A stretch of 64,000 bases of DNA from Bdellovibrionales bacterium (GCA_050250255.1 JBFWOZ010000006.1:1-64000); one strand, 5' to 3'. Shown: positions 19,323-30,303, counted from the first letter of the stretch. Numbers and translations: made by a program. The notes: generated by a model from the letters alone, not told the origin.

Positions 19323-19398
19323 TTAAGACCTTATCCTCATAAAAATGTGAACACATTATGAAATGTCCTCTTTGTAAATCTAGCTCGTCAGTCCCCTT
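19323..19398 (+). repeat. Direct repeat X, copy 1 (partner 31068-31118)
   Basis: TTAAGACCTTATCCTCATAAAAATG...TTGTAAATCTAGCTCGTCAGTCCCCTT. Confidence 0.85.
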
Positions 19399-19787
19399 AC
19401 TAGAATTTAAAGAAAAACATTATTTTAAATGTCAAAAATGTGATCTCCGTTTTTTAGGTGAGCAATATTATCTGAAAAAACAAGAAGAAGTGTCTTAGAT
19501 AGACAGTATAATTTTGTAATTGTAAGTGAAACCGCGGAACATTTTCATTTTCCTGATCATGAGTTTGCACGATTGAACCAGCTTCTTTATTCAAAAGGGC
19601 TTTTGTGTATAATGACAAAGATTTATGATGAAAACATTGATTTTGAAATTGGCATTACCGCCGTGACCTAACCCATGTTTGTTTCTATTCTCGAAAGACC
19701 TTTGTTTGGATAGCAGAATTTTTTGGTTTTAACCCGCCCGAGTTTTCCTCCGATCGAGTTGTAATTCTCACCAAAAAACCTGGATAA
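19358..19787 (+). pseudogene. Class I SAM-methyltransferase with N-terminal Zn ribbon, internally deleted and frameshifted
   Basis: MKCPLC...FKCQKC then stop at 19498; ETAEHF...LCIMT; frameshift to WHYRRDLTHVCFYS. Confidence 0.75.
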
Positions 19788-19904
19788 AAACAGCCGCCCT
19801 CAAAACGGGCAAAGGGTGTTTGTATTTTAAAAGTCTCGAGGGTACTGAACTCAAAGTTCGCCGCAGTGGCAACATTCTGAGTCAATGAGATCCCCCTCGT
19901 TATT

Positions 19905-22900
19905 CTAATCAAATACCAAATTTATCTCATGTGTTTTACCGTCGTCTGCTAAAGTAATTTTTTTCGCTTCGGTGATCAACGGGGTGTTGATCTTTATATT
20001 AAACGTATAGGTACTCTTGCCGTGACGATATTGGATTTTAAATTCTTTCCAATTCGGCGGAACGCAAGGCTTTATAGTGACTACATTTTCACAAACTTGA
20101 AAACCGATTATATATTCAACTCCTGCGCGATACATCCAGCCTGCTGCGCCCGTATACCAACTCCAGCCCCCTCTGCCGGTATTTGGCCCTTCAGAGTAGA
20201 CGTCACCGGCTAAAACATAAGGTTCAATTCGGTAACGGTTAGCCCTTGCAATATTTTTTGTGTGATGGATAGGGTTAAGAAACGAAAATAAATCATGGGC
20301 CCTCTGACCATCGCCAAGCAGTGCCGTAGCGATGACAACCCAACTTGCAGCATGGGTGTATTGCCCTCCGTTTTCACGAACTCCTGGTACGTAGCCTTTA
20401 ATGTAACCGGGATCCAGAGTTGTTTGATCAAATGGTTTTGTGAAAAGTAAAATCATCTCATCGTCTGATTTCACCAATCGCTCGTACACGGATTGCATTG
20501 CCATTTTCGCGCGTTCCGGTTGCCCGGCTTCAGAAAGGATCGCCCACGTTTGCGTTAGCGAGTCAATCTGACATTCGTCACTGTTAGACGTCCCCAGTGG
20601 TGTGCCGTCGCCAAAGTACGCTCGACGATACCACGAGCCGTCCCAGGCATTTTGTTCGGTGGATCGGATCAGTAAATCGGCGTGGTTTAGCCACGTCTTT
20701 TGGTGTTCGAGGTCACCCCTTGAGTTTGCCAATGTCGAGAAGTTTTTTAAGTTCGTTATTAAAAACCAGGCTAACCATACGCTTTCGCCCTTTCCATCCA
20801 TGCCGACGTGATTCATTCCGTCGTTCCAGTCGCCACTCCCCATGAGGGGCAGACCGTGTTGGCCAGTTTTTAAACTGGCATCCAGTGCCCGCGCACAGTG
20901 CTCAAAGAGAGAAGCTTTCTGTTGAGAGACCATTGGAATGTAGTACGAGTCTTCTTGCTCTGCTGGCAAAGGTGGTCCTTCGATAAACGACACCGTCTCG
21001 TCAAGTATTGAAGTATCTCCGGTAACCCTAAGATAATGGGAAACTACGTAAGGCAACCATAAGAGATCATCAGAAAAATGAGTGCGCACCCCACGCCCGA
21101 GCGGTGGATGCCACCAATGTTGCACATCGCCCTCTAAAAATTGTCTGCTAGCCGCTCTTAAAATTTGCTCACGTGCCATCTGCGGTGAAGTGAGTGTAAC
21201 GGCCATCACGTCTTGCAATTGATCTCGAAATCCAAAGGCGCCGCCGGCTTGGTAAAAAGCGGCGCGGGCCCACAAGCGGCACACAATTGTTTGGTAGAGA
21301 TACCACTTGTTGATGACAAGATCGAAGCTGCGGTCTGGAGTTTGAACTTGAACTTTACCCAGTAAATCTTGCCACTGAGTTTTCACCCGTTCAAATTCTT
21401 GATCAAGATTAAGCGTGCGCAAGTGGGTGATGAGCTCACGGGCTGTGTCGCGGTCTGGAGTTTGACCTAAAATATAGGCCACCTCCACTTTTTCGCCAGG
21501 TTTTATTTCGATTTGTGTTTGTATGGCAGCGCAGGGATCAAAGGCGCCACCGCTACTTCCGCTTAGTGGTTTATCAAGCAGTAGTCCTGAAGGCTCTGAC
21601 AGGCTAGAATTTCTGCCAATAAATTCTGTGCGATCACAAGTGAATCCGGTTTGGTTTTGTATGACGGCGCTGAACGCGATTTTGGTTCCATGTTCGGCAT
21701 TTCTAGGATTGTGGGCAAAGATCGCTTTGGTTTTTTGATCAAGTTCTGTACATAAAGTAGAAGCCATAGTCGCCCGTGAAAAGCCAAGTACCCATTCAAC
21801 AAAACTTGTAATCGAGAGTCGTCGGGCAGATTTTGATCGGTTTTCGAGAGTCAAACGCGAGACTTTTACGGGTTGATCCACCAGTACGAACTGGTTCAAT
21901 TCTGAAAAAATACCAAATGCGGTCAACTCGAAACGAGAGTAGCCTTGCCCGTGATGGGCTTGGTACACGGCTCCCTCGAGCCGGATCGGGGCCGCGGTCG
22001 GACTCCAGACGGCGCTCGAATCAAGATCAGAAATGTAAAAAGCCTCGCCCGGCGGATCAATAATCGGGTCGTTAGACCACGGGGTGATTTGATTTTCGCG
22101 GCTGTTAGCGGCCCAAGTATAACCCGCGCCACTTTCAGAAACTTGAAAACCAAATTCGGGATTAGCAATAACGTTGATCCACGGGGCTGGCGTTGATTCT
22201 CCAGGCTTTAGCACAATAACGTATTCGTCAGTATCAGTTGAAAAGCCACCATACCCATTGAAAAATTCAAGTCCCGAAACCGAAACGCTTGTGGGTGTGT
22301 TGACCCTCAGAGTTTCTAACTTAGCAGCAGGTAGAAACTGCATGCGGGTGCGTTTCACTTGGTCAGATAAACTACCGTTACGTGCCGAGAGAATGGCTCT
22401 GGCTTCACTGGCCAGCAAAACGTGATCGGCTTCTGAAATAAAATCGCCCCTGATTACAAAAACTTTTCCGGCGGTGTAAGCGAGCCCCGACGGAACGTGA
22501 GCCGCAATCGCCATATTTTCGAGAGTGGTCTGCAATTCTTGCGAGTAGGAGCTACCTCGCTCATTCAATATAACGAGGTCGGCAATAAAGGCTTTGGATG
22601 CAAAATAGATCTGCGCTTTTAGAAGTTGACGAACCAGATTTCGGTCTTCCAGGTCATCAATGCGCACGAGGATAATCGGGTGGTCTCCTGAAATTCCGTG
22701 GGCCCAAAGCCCCGTGACATCCTTGGTATTTTTATTCAAAGTTTCAGAAGGCGCCCTCAATGAGGAGTCTAAATAGATAAGTCTTGTCGTGAGTCTCTGA
22801 AACAAATGCGCTTCATCAGGTTCGATTCCGAGGTGGTAAAGTTTTACTTGCGCTTGGGTCCAGGCCAGATCACTCGCCCGATCAAAGATTGTCGTGTCGC

Positions 22901-25900
22901 TAAATTTTTCGGACATGACTTCGATGTCTTCGCGAGATTCGGCGATGCCGGTTGAAAAAATCAATTGGGTCGACTCACCTGGATCCAGGCGCACCCGCGT
23001 GCGCAAACTCAGGATTGGATCTAACACGGGACCAACGGTTCCAGATAGCCTTTCATTCTTAAAAATGGCGATCGGGTTTTTTGCGCTTCGTCCACGACCG
23101 ATAAACTGAGACCGGCTCGTTTCATATTGAATAGTGCCATTAGAGTGCCGGTCAGTTCGGAGCGTGTGCATGATCCAGAGTCGTTTGTCTTTATTTGACC
23201 TGGGTCTACGACTCGCAATCAGCGTTGAAAGTTTGGGGTTAAATTCAGTTTCGATAAAGAGGTTTGAAAAAGCGGGATGGGCCACGTCGGCGGCCTGAAT
23301 GTTTAAAACGACTTCAGAATAAGAAGTTATCTCAAGCTCCCGAGTGGTCGAGCTATTGTTTGTTAGGGTAAGACGCCTGACTTCGGTGTTCTCTTCGGGA
23401 GACACGAACACTTCAAGTTCGGTGGTGATTTCAAAATCAACTCTAGTGATGCGAGCTCGGTCTTCAGCAAAGGAAACTTCATAACTTTGACTCTCGACAC
23501 AGATCGGTTGATAACCGGCCGACCAAACGTGCCGCTGTTCAATGTCTTTTATATAAAAAAAGTATCCATACTGATCCCTGGTGACGTCTTCGCGCCAACG
23601 TGTGACCGCGACGTCACGAACGCGGCTAAATCCTGCCCCGGCCGAAGTCAACATAACGGTATAAGCGCCGTTCGATAAAAGTTGAGTCGTTGGAATCGCA
23701 CGGTTGACCTTGTGATACCGACGTGAAACGTGTTCGACGGGTTCTTTGACTCGGTCAATTTGTACCGTCAGCTCAGGCTTTGAGATTGTACCGATCACGC
23801 GCGGCGTGCGCTCTTGAAGCAGGAGTTGCGTCGCTTGAACTAAGGGGTCTGAATGAAATCGACGTTGCATCGACGAATTTTTAAAAACATTCGCGAGTGC
23901 GACAAGAGCCATACCCTGGTGATGAGCCATGTAAGCTTTAATAATCGCTTTTTTACTTCCGGAGGGAAGCCTGCTCGGCGTGAAATCCACCGCCTCGTAA
24001 AACCCGTAGCTTCCGAGAGCTCCGAGAGATTGAAGCTGACGTAAGTTTTGGGCAGCAAAGGCCGTTTCGTAAACTGACGCTAGGATTGTTGCGTAAGGCG
24101 CAACGACCATATCCGCACCCAAACCGCGCTTAAGTCCTAAATCTGGTACGCCAAAATTAGAGTACTGATAGGTAAGATGAAGATCTCGTTTATTATAGGC
24201 TGATTCTGACATGCCCCATGGAATATTCTTTTCTTTTCCATACTGAATTTGCCGCAATATAATTCGTCGGCAAGTGTCGTCGAGCAGACTTCCCTCAGGT
24301 GAATGCATGACAATACTTGGCATAAGGTATTCAAACATGGAGCCCGACCAAGATACCAAAGCTGTTTCTCTACCGACACGCACAAGACTTCGGCCTAAAT
24401 GAAACCAATGGGTTGCCGGTACGTCGCCTTTCGCAATCGCAATAAAACTTGTTAACCGCGCCTCAGAGGCGAGCAGATCATAGTAGCTCGGATCGAGCTG
24501 GTTTTCACTCACTCTCATGCCGATCGAAAAAAGTTTTCGATTGGAATCATACAAAAGTTTAAAATCCATTTCGCTAATCAATTGCCTGGAAATTCTTTTT
24601 ACTTCTTGAATTTTTCCAACTAAAAATTGCGACTCTTGGATCGATTGTTCAAGGCTTTCTAATAAGGGGCCAAAAAAATCCGGGACAGAGCGCTTCGCCA
24701 GCTTTTCGCTCTTTTTAAATTGGAGAATATCGTTTTGAATTTTTGCACAGTGAATCGCTAACTTTTCAATTGGGATTTGTTGACTTAAATTTTTGCGCAA
24801 AGCCTCAAACCAACTTTGAGACTCAGGGGTTAGATCAATATTTACTGTAGCGTTCCTAAACTCGGTCCACTTCGCTAGCGACAAAAAATCTCGAGATAAA
24901 CTTTCAATGTCAGCCTGTAGTGCGCAACTCCAAGCTAAGATCTCTTTTCGGTCCGATCGCACCGGATCTCCAGAAAAGGCAGTTGCTTGTTTCACAAGGA
25001 GCTCACTTTGCAAACGTAGGGTGTCCCAATGTTGGGAGCGATCTTCAATCAGGTGATCGGGCGCATGGAGGCGCACCACGAGTGCCGCGTGAGCGGACTT
25101 TACTTTTTCAAAGGATTCATCGCGCTCAGTGTGGTTTGCGGCAAACCGCTTGAACTCTTGCACCAAAAGTAATTCTGAGTCCCGGATACCTCGGTGAATA
25201 CTAAAGGCTTCAATCGGAGACTTTAAAATCTCCTCACAACCCTGCGCGACGACAAAAAGATGGCCCGTTAAATTTCCGTTATCCACTGAAGAAATGTATC
25301 TGGGTTCTAGCGGCCGGGAGTCGACCGTATCATACCAGTTATAGAAATGTCCCCTATGCCGCGGCAGACGAAGCAAACTTTGAAGAGTTAGCTCTAAACG
25401 TTCGACGGCCTCGAGGTTTCCAATCCAACCAAAATCTCTGGCGGCAAAAATGGATAATAAATAAAGGCCGAAATTAGTTGGTGAACTCCGATGGGCAATG
25501 ACGGGGCTTGGGTCTTCTTGAAAATTATCAGGCGGTAAATTGTTATCCTCAGGCGTAACAAAGGTGGTAAAGAACCGCCAAATTCGCCGGCCCGTAGAGC
25601 GAAGGAGAATAAGATCATAGGGACTAATCGGCTGCGAAACCCGTTCTTTGGGAGGCTGACTCAGGTAGTACGCTAACACGGGTGAAGCGAGCCAAAGTAA
25701 AAGAATGGGGGTTGTTACATACATGAACGTGGGATTAAAAATAAAAATGGGAACGATACCTATGGTCACCAAGAAGACCGGGCCCCTCATGCTTCGCACA
25801 AAACTGATCAAATCTAAATTCGCCGAGGCCTTAGCTTGGGCGGCAGTGGTCCACTCCAACATTTTTTTGCGACTTATAAAGAGCCGATAGAAAGTACGAA

Positions 25901-28529
25901 CTATCGCATCCAGGGAGATCCAGGCACTTTGAGGCAGTAACACAAGCAGTACAAACGAATGAATCAGGCCAAGACGAAACTCTGCAAAAGCAAAAAATAC
26001 CTTGTGAAAAAATGGAGTGCTCGAGCGCCGAGGCCATAAATCGGCCACCAAAGTTATGAAGGCTGGAGCTAACAGGTTGAAAGCCATTAATAAATAAAGT
26101 GGCGCTGACAAATCACTCGGAACACTTGCGGCAATAAAAAACAAAATAAAAATTGCTGGTGCATTTAGCGAGCGTCGAAGGTTATCGATCATTTTCCAGT
26201 GACCAATCAGTGAAATATCTCTGCCGCGAGGACCTACGACCCAAGGTAAGAGCAGCCAATCGCCGCGGATCCACCTATGAGAACGTAAGGCCGAAACTCC
26301 GGTGTGAGAGGGGAAATCCTCAAAAAATTCAACGTCACTTAAGAATCCGCATCGAGCTAGGTTTCCTTCAAACAGGTCATGGCTTAAAATGGAATTCTCA
26401 GGGACCCTGTCTTTCATGACCCGTTCAAAAATGGCTACGTCATAAATTCCTTTACCCGTGAATGATCCTTCTTTAAAAAGATCTTGATAAACGTCTGAGA
26501 CCGCCGAAGTGTAAGGATCAATACCTGATCTACTCGCTGATAGTTTTCGAAACAGAGAATTTTCATGTGAGTTGGCTAGAGAAGGAGTGATGCGTGGCTG
26601 AAGAATTCCGTATCCGGCCGTCACTCGCCCGGTTTTTTCGTCAAAGTGGGGCCGATTTAATGGATGGGCCATCGTACCCACTAATTTGTAAGCAGATCCT
26701 CGAGGCATCTTGGTATCGGCATCAAGGGTGATGACGTATCGTATTCCAGTGGGAACACGAAGCTCAGAGTCAAAGCAGGGGCCGTAACTGGTGGTTTTCG
26801 AACCCAGTAATAGCTGATTGAACTCGTGGAGCTTTCCGCGTTTTCGCTCCCAGCCCATCCACTTTCCCTCTTGGGGGTTCCACTTTCGATACCTGTGGTA
26901 AATAGAAAATCTTGGATGCTGGTCTTTAGCTACCGGATGTCGTTCGTTGAGCGAGCGAAGCTCTCGTTTCGCGGTCTCGATTAATTCATCATCGTTTTCT
27001 GAAAATTCACTATTAGAATCACTAAAATCGGTCAGCAGGGCTAGATAGATATTTTCATCTTTGTTCGAGAGGTAATGAATTTCTATTTGCTCAAGCTGTT
27101 CTCTTATTTTTGTTTCATCCGTAAACATGGTCGGCACGACGATGAAAGTTTTGAGAGATTCAGGTAGCCCGTGGTCAAAATTAAGCCTGGGTAAATACTT
27201 TGGACCTAGCAAGGCCACGGTGCTCCGGTTGATAAGGTTAATGGCAATGTCCGAGGCAACAATCGCAATCAGAATTAGAATAAAATAGATTTGAGTAGGC
27301 GCAGACAGTATTGCAATACATGCGGTCAAAACTGCGATCAATAGCAGATAAACAAATATTCCGTTTTTTACGTACCATCTTAAAATTTTAGTGCGCAGCT
27401 CGGCCCGATATTGAATTGATTTTTCAAATTCAAATTTGCCGTCGCCTAACAAGTAGTGACCTGGATTGCTCGACACCGCTTTGGCGATCTCAATCTCAGT
27501 TAATTTTGAATGTCGCGCGAGGTCCTCAATGCGATGACGATACCGATCACGTGTGGGAAAATCCATGGACCCAAAGTTTGAACCTTGTCGTAGAATTTGA
27601 TCAACCAAACTGACTTCTTCAAAAAACTCGGACCAATCAAGGGCCGAGATCAGTCGTGCGCTTGTGATAATATTACGAGAGGTAATATTGGCCGCCGACT
27701 GACTGTTGTGTTCTTTCGTCACCCAGGTCTCGATGACTTCTCCAGTGGCTGCCAATTTATCATCTATAAATTGGAGAAGGGCGCCCACCTTAGTTTCTTG
27801 AAAACGAAGTCTCTGTAAAAGTTGAACGGCGAAACTTTGCTGAATGGAAGTGGATTGCAGTATTTCAACGACTTCTTCAACGCTTCGACTTGGGGTTTCA
27901 CCAACCCCAAGAAGAGAATCGGCAATGAGGTCGGCATCTCTCCGAGTTTTTTGTGAGCTTACAATGCGATCGGCGATACGCCGAAAGTTTTCAACCAGGA
28001 CAAGTCTTAAAGTGATAGGAATGGCCCATAATTCCCCGATCGTGAGGGGCTGAACTTTTTGATAAGCCGCAACGAATATTTTTAATAGGTCAGACTCGAA
28101 CCGACTGTCAGTGTGGGCAACAAAGGCCCAAGCAATTCCAAACACCCGCGGCAATCCCGCAAACGGACCTTCCGCAATCTTTGGCAACTCTTGGTAGTAT
28201 TCAGGTGGAAGATGATCGACAATATCTTTGATCTGGGCGCTAAGAATATGGAAATTATCTACCAGCCACTCGGCAGCAGGAGTTACGGCGCGCTGCTCTT
28301 CAATGGCCAACAGGATTTGGTGGTAAGCTTCTTCTAGTACTTTATGATTTTCGCGAATTCTCGGTCCCAAATCACGCCCCAAACGTGGATTGATCGTAGT
28401 TGTTTGGGCTCGAGCCAGACTTTCGGCATGACCTTCAAGGCGCGCAATACCAAAAATCTCGGCCCGAATAGGCTCGGCATGGTCGTCAAAAAACGAATTA
28501 TTTTTCTTTTTACTAAAAATGCTTTTCAG
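19905..28529 (-). CDS. ndvB: Cyclic beta-1,2-glucan synthase (GT84 + GH94 phosphorylase), probable CTG start
   Basis: GWERKRGKL, TLDADT, SHDLFEG, RWIRGDW, DLLASEARL, GFRDQLQD, GDWNDGMN, ENGGQYTH; conserved EPIRAEIF segment lies upstream of the track start 28382. Confidence 0.93.
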   Translation of the reverse strand: MKSIFSKKKNNSFFDDHAEPIRAEIFGIARLEGHAESLARAQTTTINPRLGRDLGPRIRENHKVLEEAYHQILLAIEEQRAVTPAAEWLVDNFHILSAQIKDIVDHLPPEYYQELPKIAEGPFAGLPRVFGIAWAFVAHTDSRFESDLLKIFVAAYQKVQPLTIGELWAIPITLRLVLVENFRRIADRIVSSQKTRRDADLIADSLLGVGETPSRSVEEVVEILQSTSIQQSFAVQLLQRLRFQETKVGALLQFIDDKLAATGEVIETWVTKEHNSQSAANITSRNIITSARLISALDWSEFFEEVSLVDQILRQGSNFGSMDFPTRDRYRHRIEDLARHSKLTEIEIAKAVSSNPGHYLLGDGKFEFEKSIQYRAELRTKILRWYVKNGIFVYLLLIAVLTACIAILSAPTQIYFILILIAIVASDIAINLINRSTVALLGPKYLPRLNFDHGLPESLKTFIVVPTMFTDETKIREQLEQIEIHYLSNKDENIYLALLTDFSDSNSEFSENDDELIETAKRELRSLNERHPVAKDQHPRFSIYHRYRKWNPQEGKWMGWERKRGKLHEFNQLLLGSKTTSYGPCFDSELRVPTGIRYVITLDADTKMPRGSAYKLVGTMAHPLNRPHFDEKTGRVTAGYGILQPRITPSLANSHENSLFRKLSASRSGIDPYTSAVSDVYQDLFKEGSFTGKGIYDVAIFERVMKDRVPENSILSHDLFEGNLARCGFLSDVEFFEDFPSHTGVSALRSHRWIRGDWLLLPWVVGPRGRDISLIGHWKMIDNLRRSLNAPAIFILFFIAASVPSDLSAPLYLLMAFNLLAPAFITLVADLWPRRSSTPFFHKVFFAFAEFRLGLIHSFVLLVLLPQSAWISLDAIVRTFYRLFISRKKMLEWTTAAQAKASANLDLISFVRSMRGPVFLVTIGIVPIFIFNPTFMYVTTPILLLWLASPVLAYYLSQPPKERVSQPISPYDLILLRSTGRRIWRFFTTFVTPEDNNLPPDNFQEDPSPVIAHRSSPTNFGLYLLSIFAARDFGWIGNLEAVERLELTLQSLLRLPRHRGHFYNWYDTVDSRPLEPRYISSVDNGNLTGHLFVVAQGCEEILKSPIEAFSIHRGIRDSELLLVQEFKRFAANHTERDESFEKVKSAHAALVVRLHAPDHLIEDRSQHWDTLRLQSELLVKQATAFSGDPVRSDRKEILAWSCALQADIESLSRDFLSLAKWTEFRNATVNIDLTPESQSWFEALRKNLSQQIPIEKLAIHCAKIQNDILQFKKSEKLAKRSVPDFFGPLLESLEQSIQESQFLVGKIQEVKRISRQLISEMDFKLLYDSNRKLFSIGMRVSENQLDPSYYDLLASEARLTSFIAIAKGDVPATHWFHLGRSLVRVGRETALVSWSGSMFEYLMPSIVMHSPEGSLLDDTCRRIILRQIQYGKEKNIPWGMSESAYNKRDLHLTYQYSNFGVPDLGLKRGLGADMVVAPYATILASVYETAFAAQNLRQLQSLGALGSYGFYEAVDFTPSRLPSGSKKAIIKAYMAHHQGMALVALANVFKNSSMQRRFHSDPLVQATQLLLQERTPRVIGTISKPELTVQIDRVKEPVEHVSRRYHKVNRAIPTTQLLSNGAYTVMLTSAGAGFSRVRDVAVTRWREDVTRDQYGYFFYIKDIEQRHVWSAGYQPICVESQSYEVSFAEDRARITRVDFEITTELEVFVSPEENTEVRRLTLTNNSSTTRELEITSYSEVVLNIQAADVAHPAFSNLFIETEFNPKLSTLIASRRPRSNKDKRLWIMHTLRTDRHSNGTIQYETSRSQFIGRGRSAKNPIAIFKNERLSGTVGPVLDPILSLRTRVRLDPGESTQLIFSTGIAESREDIEVMSEKFSDTTIFDRASDLAWTQAQVKLYHLGIEPDEAHLFQRLTTRLIYLDSSLRAPSETLNKNTKDVTGLWAHGISGDHPIILVRIDDLEDRNLVRQLLKAQIYFASKAFIADLVILNERGSSYSQELQTTLENMAIAAHVPSGLAYTAGKVFVIRGDFISEADHVLLASEARAILSARNGSLSDQVKRTRMQFLPAAKLETLRVNTPTSVSVSGLEFFNGYGGFSTDTDEYVIVLKPGESTPAPWINVIANPEFGFQVSESGAGYTWAANSRENQITPWSNDPIIDPPGEAFYISDLDSSAVWSPTAAPIRLEGAVYQAHHGQGYSRFELTAFGIFSELNQFVLVDQPVKVSRLTLENRSKSARRLSITSFVEWVLGFSRATMASTLCTELDQKTKAIFAHNPRNAEHGTKIAFSAVIQNQTGFTCDRTEFIGRNSSLSEPSGLLLDKPLSGSSGGAFDPCAAIQTQIEIKPGEKVEVAYILGQTPDRDTARELITHLRTLNLDQEFERVKTQWQDLLGKVQVQTPDRSFDLVINKWYLYQTIVCRLWARAAFYQAGGAFGFRDQLQDVMAVTLTSPQMAREQILRAASRQFLEGDVQHWWHPPLGRGVRTHFSDDLLWLPYVVSHYLRVTGDTSILDETVSFIEGPPLPAEQEDSYYIPMVSQQKASLFEHCARALDASLKTGQHGLPLMGSGDWNDGMNHVGMDGKGESVWLAWFLITNLKNFSTLANSRGDLEHQKTWLNHADLLIRSTEQNAWDGSWYRRAYFGDGTPLGTSNSDECQIDSLTQTWAILSEAGQPERAKMAMQSVYERLVKSDDEMILLFTKPFDQTTLDPGYIKGYVPGVRENGGQYTHAASWVVIATALLGDGQRAHDLFSFLNPIHHTKNIARANRYRIEPYVLAGDVYSEGPNTGRGGWSWYTGAAGWMYRAGVEYIIGFQVCENVVTIKPCVPPNWKEFKIQYRHGKSTYTFNIKINTPLITEAKKITLADDGKTHEINLVFD

Positions 28530-28630
28530 AATCGTTCACCTTGGCAATAAATCAAGTGCCATTACTTGATGGGATTCAAGGTATACGGAATAGTCCACAG
28601 TGGCGAGATATAGTTTCGTGAGTGAGGCAG

Positions 28631-28668
28631 ACGTCTCGTATCCTTGAAATTTTCCGATGGCCACGGAT
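28631..28668. repeat. Dispersed repeat, copy B (partner 18082-18117)
   Basis: See copy A. Confidence 0.7.
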
Positions 28669-28785
28669 TTTTAAGTCTTCAAGGGCTTGGGATGAGTGCA
28701 TTAGAGTTAACAATGCCTTTACACGAATCCAAAAATCTCGTGGAAGTGTCTCTGCTTGATCCGTTTCCCAAACCTCTTTAGCGAT
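28657..28785 (-). pseudogene. Frameshifted, truncated HigB-like toxin remnant
   Basis: Removing one G gives IAKEVWETDQAETLPRDFWIRVKALLTLMHSSQALEDLKIRGH, resembling the HigB N-terminal half. Confidence 0.45.
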
Positions 28786-28829
28786 TCCAGATGGTTGATT
28801 TGATTCAATTGTGGTTCTTCGAAGATGAG

Positions 28830-29999
28830 TTAGGCCGCTTGCTTCGCTTGGGCTGCCTGGTTTTTTGGTAATATAACAGCAAACCGTGTGTTCCGAGACG
28901 TCGTATCAAGCAAGAGTCTGCCTTTATGTATTTCTACAATTCCTTTTGATATGCTCAACCCTAAACCAGTACCCTTACCAATTTCTTTTGTCGTGAAGAA
29001 CGGCTGCATGATTTTTTCAGCGGTATCAGTCGCGATACCCAGACCGCTGTCCGTAACAGATATCTCAACTTCATCATCCAATTCTTTGACCTCTATACGT
29101 ATCCATTTTTCTGATTCGGTGGCAACCGCATCGACAGAATTATTCAGTAAATTCAAAAGTACTTGAGAGATTTGTATGGCCTGACAGTCAACTTTAATAG
29201 AGTCAGATGTGTTTGGTACCTCTAGGTTGATTTGTAGATGTTTGAGTTTTTGCTGACAGAGGACAAGCGTGTCGCTAATGATAGAGGATACTGAAACCCT
29301 AGTAAACACATCACCATCAGCATTGCGTGAAAAAGTTTTTAAGGCATTTATGATTTTCGAAATTCTAAAGGTGGTGGCTTCAATTGTCTGTGCCGTCTCC
29401 TTGAGTGTGACTGTGTCCAGTTCGTCGTCTTCGATCATGTCCTTGAGTTGTCCCGCGAGAGTAGAAATAATAGCAAGTGGGGAATTCACTTCATGGGCGA
29501 TTCCAGCGGCCATTTCGCCAAGTGCAGACATTTTCATGGAGGAGGCGGCGATGGCTTGTTGGGCTTTGAGTTCTTTTTCAGCGTGAGTGCGGGCTGTGAT
29601 ATCATTGCCAAATCCGATCACTTCGATGAGTGTCCCACTACTCGAAAAGCGATTGAGTGAGTTCCAAGCAACTATTTTTTTTCCACCATCTTTGGTTGTG
29701 AGGGTCATGGCATAGTCGCGAACGGCACCCTTTTCAAAATCTTTAAAAAGTCGTTCGACTTGGGCGTATTCTTCACCTGGGTAGAAGGTAGCCCACCAGT
29801 TTTTACCTATAAGCTCTTCTTTTTTGTATCCCGTTAGGTTTTCAATGGCTGGGTTCACAAAACGTGTGGTTCCGTCTGGGTTGATACCCACTACGAGCGA
29901 AGGAGTGCCTTGAATGATTTGTGCGGTGTAATCTCTCTCAGCCTTTAAATCTTCGAACATTTTTTGATCATGGAACAAATTTTTTAAAAATGACCTCAT
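28830..29999 (-). CDS. PAS-domain sensor histidine kinase
   Basis: PAS (FVNPAIE.LTGY), AGIAHEVNSPL, NLLNNS.DA, DSG.G, GTGLGL. Confidence 0.93.
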   Translation of the reverse strand: MRSFLKNLFHDQKMFEDLKAERDYTAQIIQGTPSLVVGINPDGTTRFVNPAIENLTGYKKEELIGKNWWATFYPGEEYAQVERLFKDFEKGAVRDYAMTLTTKDGGKKIVAWNSLNRFSSSGTLIEVIGFGNDITARTHAEKELKAQQAIAASSMKMSALGEMAAGIAHEVNSPLAIISTLAGQLKDMIEDDELDTVTLKETAQTIEATTFRISKIINALKTFSRNADGDVFTRVSVSSIISDTLVLCQQKLKHLQINLEVPNTSDSIKVDCQAIQISQVLLNLLNNSVDAVATESEKWIRIEVKELDDEVEISVTDSGLGIATDTAEKIMQPFFTTKEIGKGTGLGLSISKGIVEIHKGRLLLDTTSRNTRFAVILPKNQAAQAKQAA

Positions 30000-30037
30000 G
30001 AGAACTTACTCCTTTGAGATAAATAAACACTGTTTTA

Positions 30038-30180
30038 TTATCGGATCCGTACAAAAGTTTTTAAAGCCGAGATTCTAAAAGTGCGTTTTACAGAGGGGAA
30101 AGGGGCCCTTGGTCTGGACGCAATGAGCCTTTTGCTTGGGAGCATAAGAAAACTTAATTTGTTTTAAAAAAATCCGATAC
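30038..30180. promoter_or_regulatory. Divergent sigma28 (FliA)-like promoters
   Basis: Minus TTAAAAAC-N11-TCCGATAA (30064-30038); plus TTAATTTG-N11-TCCGATAC (30154-30180). Confidence 0.55.
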
Positions 30181-30303
30181 TTATCATAAAAGGAACCGCT
30201 TTCTCGCACACCCTGACGACATTATGAGGCCTACACAGCTTTTAAAAAATAAGTCAGCTAATGGCTCAGCGGAAAACAATTCTCGTAAAGAATGGGAGGT
30301 CGG

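Noticed and set aside
28543..28561. sigma54 site upstream of cgs (TGGCACTTGATTTATT)
   Set aside because: Perfect -24 box but no GC at -12; not counted.
28560..28668. Possible tyrosine-recombinase C-terminal remnant (GHRKIS...LTKLYL)
   Set aside because: Requires a frameshift and matches only a few residues; cannot be supported without an HMM search.
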